From a virus (Duplodnaviria > Caudoviricetes): DNA of 64,000 nucleotides. Of the stretch, positions 60,088 through 64,000 are shown one piece after another. The stretch's first letter is position 1; the number at the start of each line of letters is the position of its first letter. The position numbers and the translations under genes were made by a program. The stretch lies in IMG/VR virus record IMGVR_UViG_3300043084_000165, positions 1-64,000 of that record; one strand, given 5' to 3'. The notes below the pieces were generated by a model that was not told the DNA's origin, ran no database searches, and saw nothing but the letters and a program-made list of their open reading frames with translations.

Positions 60088-61922
60088 GCTCGTTTTGGTT
60101 TCAATTTGATTCCCAGTTCCTTGTGAAGATCGGTCATTTCATACCAATGTTCTTGAAATAGGGCTGGAATGTCGCGTTCCATAATGTGAATTAGGTTACG
60201 ACCCTCGCCAGTGATGTCATTAGCAAGGTGGATATTAAACCAGGCAAATGCCACATGTGAAGATCCACCGTACATAGAGTTCATAATCAGCTTGATGGCC
60301 TGTTCCTTACATGTCATGAACGTGATGTCATCTTTAAGACGTGGTTTGAGTGCTTTGAAGTTATATTGTGCCAGCTCCTCAGAATTTCTTGCATTGCAAC
60401 CAAACTCTCTAAGTTCTTCCTGCACATGTTCTGAATACTCTCTGAACGGTGCTGTACGACCCTCAATCAAGTGATCAATATCTGTCATTACTGTGGCATC
60501 CAGTTCCTTTGAGAGGTACTTTGTAACACCGCGAAGCTTTTTAAGGCCCCACTGAATGTTCTTAAACGCGTAGTCTTTGTCGTTTTTATATACACATCCG
60601 TTTACTGAAACAAAGTAGTTTGGGTCTTTTTTATATACCTCCAGCTGTTTCTCTGTGAATTTACCATCTGCAAGCGATCCCAAATAGTTCTCAATGGAAA
60701 GATTGCATGTGATGATGACCGATGGATAAAGTGATGCGAAATCTTGGCAGCATACAAATTGGTGCTTACCTGGTGTAGTTTTTCGCACATAAGCACCCAT
60801 CAGCTCTCCACGTTCTCCAGTAAACTTATCCGGCGGAACTACTTTAATGTTGTGTTCATAAAAGTAGTTGAAGAACATGGACTCAGTGATCTTGATCTTT
60901 GAAAATGCTGTTGAGATATCATTTCGACAGATGAGTGACTGTACGTACAAAATACTCAGAGTCTTGAACTTCTTGTCAATCAGCTGCACCAACACAGAGT
61001 CAATCATGTTATAAAAGACATATGTGGCGTAGTCTGTCTCATACAGGTGCTGCAGGTCTCCATCATACTTAATCTTACCCACACCGATACTCTCAGTGGC
61101 GATGTAATCCAGTGCCAAACTCTCTTTAATGGGCATTACCGCCATGTCATAAGTTCCCACAATGTCCATCATATCAAGGATGAGCGTGTGGTTAGGCATG
61201 TTCAAACGCACCTTGTTGCCTTTCATATCAGTGATTTGCTTGCCCTTCATCGTCCAATCCACTGAACAACTATTGAATGAGATCTCCGGGTAGAAGTTCT
61301 TGACACGGTTCTGAATATACTGCCAGTCAAATCCGAGTGAGTTCCATCCTGCCAGTACCGGGCATTTTGCCACGAAATTCCGAAGGAAATAGTTGAGCAT
61401 GTCGCCCTCTGAGCTGAAATAAATGTATTTGGCTGACGGGGTGGGAAGATGCAGGCTCTTGAAGAACTCACACTTGTCCAGCCACTCCTCATACTGACGA
61501 GTCATGTTCTGCAAGTCTTCAAGCGGTTTGATACCCAACACTATGGCATCCAGCTTATCATTCACAATAGAGATGGTGAGGATGGGGAAGTCTGCCTTGT
61601 CGGGCTCGGGAAATATCTTTGGATCTACCTGACACTCAATATCAAATGTGTACAGGCGGGGATTAGTCTTACCTAACAATAATCGTCTATCTGCTTCAGG
61701 GAGCTCCTCAATGAATGTCTTGTACTCAGTCCATTCGGGGCGATCTGTCATGCGAACCGTGCACTTCTTTCCGTTCCAGTTCTCATACTGACCATTGGGA
61801 TCTTCGGCGTAAGTCTTGAATCGATTTACGTTATATTTAAGCAGCGCCTTGCCACCTGTCTCCGTCACATAGGAGATAGTCATCTGATGCTTCTGCTTAT
61901 GGTAATTGTAATCTAATATCAT
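60084..61922 (-). CDS. family B DNA polymerase, N-terminal subunit (exonuclease + motifs A, B)
   Basis: ExoI FDIE, ExoII WN..GFD, ExoIII YN..D, motif A DFASLYPS, motif B K...NSMYG. Confidence 0.92.
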   Translation of the reverse strand: MILDYNYHKQKHQMTISYVTETGGKALLKYNVNRFKTYAEDPNGQYENWNGKKCTVRMTDRPEWTEYKTFIEELPEADRRLLLGKTNPRLYTFDIECQVDPKIFPEPDKADFPILTISIVNDKLDAIVLGIKPLEDLQNMTRQYEEWLDKCEFFKSLHLPTPSAKYIYFSSEGDMLNYFLRNFVAKCPVLAGWNSLGFDWQYIQNRVKNFYPEISFNSCSVDWTMKGKQITDMKGNKVRLNMPNHTLILDMMDIVGTYDMAVMPIKESLALDYIATESIGVGKIKYDGDLQHLYETDYATYVFYNMIDSVLVQLIDKKFKTLSILYVQSLICRNDISTAFSKIKITESMFFNYFYEHNIKVVPPDKFTGERGELMGAYVRKTTPGKHQFVCCQDFASLYPSVIITCNLSIENYLGSLADGKFTEKQLEVYKKDPNYFVSVNGCVYKNDKDYAFKNIQWGLKKLRGVTKYLSKELDATVMTDIDHLIEGRTAPFREYSEHVQEELREFGCNARNSEELAQYNFKALKPRLKDDITFMTCKEQAIKLIMNSMYGGSSHVAFAWFNIHLANDITGEGRNLIHIMERDIPALFQEHWYEMTDLHKELGIKLKPKRA

Positions 61923-62017
61923 ATTCTGTATGTTTATAACAATGTACGTTATAATATAGATTTTTGCCCTGTTGAGTTAAGAGGTGGACCTATTATATAT
62001 TCAAAAGAAAACATTCT

Positions 62018-62797
62018 ATGAAATCCTTATACGACTATATAAATGAAGCGCGTGAGCTGCTGGGTGCTCTCCCATTCACTCGAGAACAATTCAAAGAGTA
62101 CTTGATTGCCGCAAGTGACTATGATGATGAGAGCGAGATTTGGCAGTTCATGGAGCGTACTATCACAGATACTTATGGCGAAAAGGCATGGTCTGGATTT
62201 AAGGGTTGGTGTGAAGGTAATGCTTATGGCTCTGACGCAGATGAGTTATATAACATCCTCACCAAACTCCCCAAAAACCGCATTGCCCGAGTACTGGGTG
62301 CTGGATCTTTTGGAGCTGCCATAGAGATTGGTGATAATAAGGTTTGCAAGCTGTTCCATAAAAATACTCCCATGGAGTCTAAAGATATTAAATTCTATAA
62401 GTATTGCAAAAGTCACAAATCTGATGTATTCCCTCGTGTGTTTAAGTTGGGTTCGAACTTCATAGTTATGGAGAAGCTCAACCTGAACACCGATAAGTGC
62501 AAGCTGTATAATAGCTACTTGGGTATGTCGCCAAAAATCAAATTTGATGGGATCTGCATGGAAAAATTGTTAAAAGGTATACGCAGTCCCAGCATCATTA
62601 CAAAACGAGATTTTCAGAAGTATACTAAACTTGTAAATGCGCTCACCGCAGAGCAGAAAGAGGTATATCACTGGGGTTGGACGATCCTGGATGGCCTGAA
62701 AGAAGCCATTGGTAGTGATGATAGCTTGTTGGACCTGCGTTTGGCAAACATCGGCGAGCGTGTTGGTAGTGGTGAAATTATATTCTTCGATATATAA
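62018..62797 (+). CDS. protein-kinase-like protein with capsid-targeting-like N-terminus
   Basis: LGAGSFG, VCK, VMEKL, catalytic loop DLRLANI, IFFD; starts MKSLYDYINEA. Confidence 0.75.
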   Translation: MKSLYDYINEARELLGALPFTREQFKEYLIAASDYDDESEIWQFMERTITDTYGEKAWSGFKGWCEGNAYGSDADELYNILTKLPKNRIARVLGAGSFGAAIEIGDNKVCKLFHKNTPMESKDIKFYKYCKSHKSDVFPRVFKLGSNFIVMEKLNLNTDKCKLYNSYLGMSPKIKFDGICMEKLLKGIRSPSIITKRDFQKYTKLVNALTAEQKEVYHWGWTILDGLKEAIGSDDSLLDLRLANIGERVGSGEIIFFDI

Positions 62798-63894
62798 TGA
62801 AGTCTGTGTTACGAATATCTGATGGAGTGCGTAGCTATCCTTTTGTATATGAGGATGGTAAAGTGTACTGGCCTGACAATCATCCAGGCGCTTATGGTTA
62901 TAACATTTCTTATAAGTTCATAGGTGGTGCAGTTGAGTGTGTATTTGATGGTCGGGATTGTTTGGCATGCGCTCCGTTCAGATATGAAGGATGTATATAC
63001 AGTCAATACGTAGAGGTAGGTGTAGTGCCTGATAATGTGCTTATTACCCTCACCCCCTGGGTTGATGGAGATGCTGATCCTGACTGGGTATCAGTACAGT
63101 CTGCACACATATCCCCATGGGATGCTGGTTTGAACCTGGTGGGAAGTTTCTCATCACAACCAGTACCTAACCTTATATATATGCTCACTCCAGGCAAAGA
63201 AGACATAAGTGCTCAGTTTGGTGGAGGTTCTGTAGTCATAACCTATGAGGTGGCCCTGATGGATGATGACGATATATATTGGAAGGAGGATAACAATGGC
63301 ATAACTAAGTTTGCTAACTTCCCCATAAAGAACATGTTCCAGTGGAAAGAAGATATGCGCTTTGTGGGCCTGGCCCATGTCACTGTTGATAATGGTGATG
63401 GTAATATAGTACATGTAGATGTGCGCGGCGATTCCATTCCTCTTACACAGCAGATGTGTGCATTTATCATTCAGGGTATGGTGGGTGATCCTTATGTAAT
63501 TGAAAAAGAAGTTCTTGATAAAATGATAGTTCAGAAACCAAGATTGCTCAATAAAACTATTCAGACTGTGGTAGAAATGACCGCACAGACTGATTCAAAA
63601 GCAAATATAGTACAGCCGGTGTTCTTCCGCACACGCGAACTCGCACAGATCATTGTACATCCTGAGGTGACAGAAAACATCTGCATTAACCTCGATGCAT
63701 ACAAGTCACAGGTGAGCAGATTTTACATAAAGATCGAGGGAACTGCGTTCCCTGAGATAGGACGAGTGGAATCAGGTATTGTGTTTAAGGTTCAAGGCAG
63801 CTTGTTACCAGGCACTGTGAAATCCGGCACTTACTATATATTAAATGAAGATATGGACCTGGTGACAACGGGTAAATATAGTTACGAATCATGA
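62797..63894 (+). CDS. hypothetical (probably structural) protein
   Basis: 365-aa ORF, beta-rich, upstream of the gp25-like gene. Confidence 0.65.
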   Translation: MKSVLRISDGVRSYPFVYEDGKVYWPDNHPGAYGYNISYKFIGGAVECVFDGRDCLACAPFRYEGCIYSQYVEVGVVPDNVLITLTPWVDGDADPDWVSVQSAHISPWDAGLNLVGSFSSQPVPNLIYMLTPGKEDISAQFGGGSVVITYEVALMDDDDIYWKEDNNGITKFANFPIKNMFQWKEDMRFVGLAHVTVDNGDGNIVHVDVRGDSIPLTQQMCAFIIQGMVGDPYVIEKEVLDKMIVQKPRLLNKTIQTVVEMTAQTDSKANIVQPVFFRTRELAQIIVHPEVTENICINLDAYKSQVSRFYIKIEGTAFPEIGRVESGIVFKVQGSLLPGTVKSGTYYILNEDMDLVTTGKYSYES

Positions 63895-64000
63895 TAGACT
63901 TTAATCTTAGCGAAGGCGACCCTGTGATCTCCGATGATGTACAGTGTCTGATACAGCAGATCGATATCCTGTTTGGAAGTACCCCTGGGGATCTGATCGG
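63891..64000 (+). CDS. baseplate wedge gp25-like protein (partial)
   Basis: MIDFNLSEGDPVISDDVQCLIQQIDILFGSTPGDLIG resembles the gp25 I.Q.I..L..T.PG motif; runs off the window. Confidence 0.55.
   Translation, partial: MIDFNLSEGDPVISDDVQCLIQQIDILFGSTPGDLI

Noticed and set aside
1-64000. Stop-codon reassignment as in Lak or some crAss phages
   Set aside because: Standard-code ORFs are full length and tile densely; TAG, TGA and TAA all end recognisable genes (e.g. thyX and vWA end in TAG)
1-64000. tRNA or rRNA genes
   Set aside because: I saw no cloverleaf or T-loop signature in the intergenic gaps; tRNAscan-SE would confirm

Overview
The window is a gene-dense segment of a large, T4-superfamily-like (jumbo) myovirus genome in the standard genetic code. 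The host is probably an anaerobic Bacteroidota: the NrdD is Bacteroides/Prevotella-type and the translation leaders are A-rich without SD sequences. It carries virion genes (portal, tail tube, gp4-, gp15-, gp5/gpV- and gp25-like) and replication and nucleotide genes (DNA ligase, intron-split nrdD, split family-B DNA polymerase, thyX, dUTPase/dCTP deaminase, RuvC-like). It also has a 7-deazaguanine modification cluster (folE2, arcS-like, queE, queD, dpdA-like), a MoxR AAA/metallopeptidase/vWA module, two sigma-70-like genes and five homing-type endonucleases. Four signals stand out. (1) T4-like capsid-targeting N-termini occur on many enzymes, including one sigma factor and a kinase. (2) A non-host promoter-like motif, CTAAAT-N13-TTGTTAT, occurs 8 times at invariant spacing and is often embedded in a hairpin. 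(3) Two leaders contain about 42-bp periodic arrays of covarying mini-hairpins. (4) A dispersed 85-95-bp palindromic intergenic repeat is present in 5 copies. Signals (1) and (2) together suggest that a virion-delivered sigma factor starts a sigma cascade; this is inference. All family assignments come from motif recognition by eye; no database search was run.
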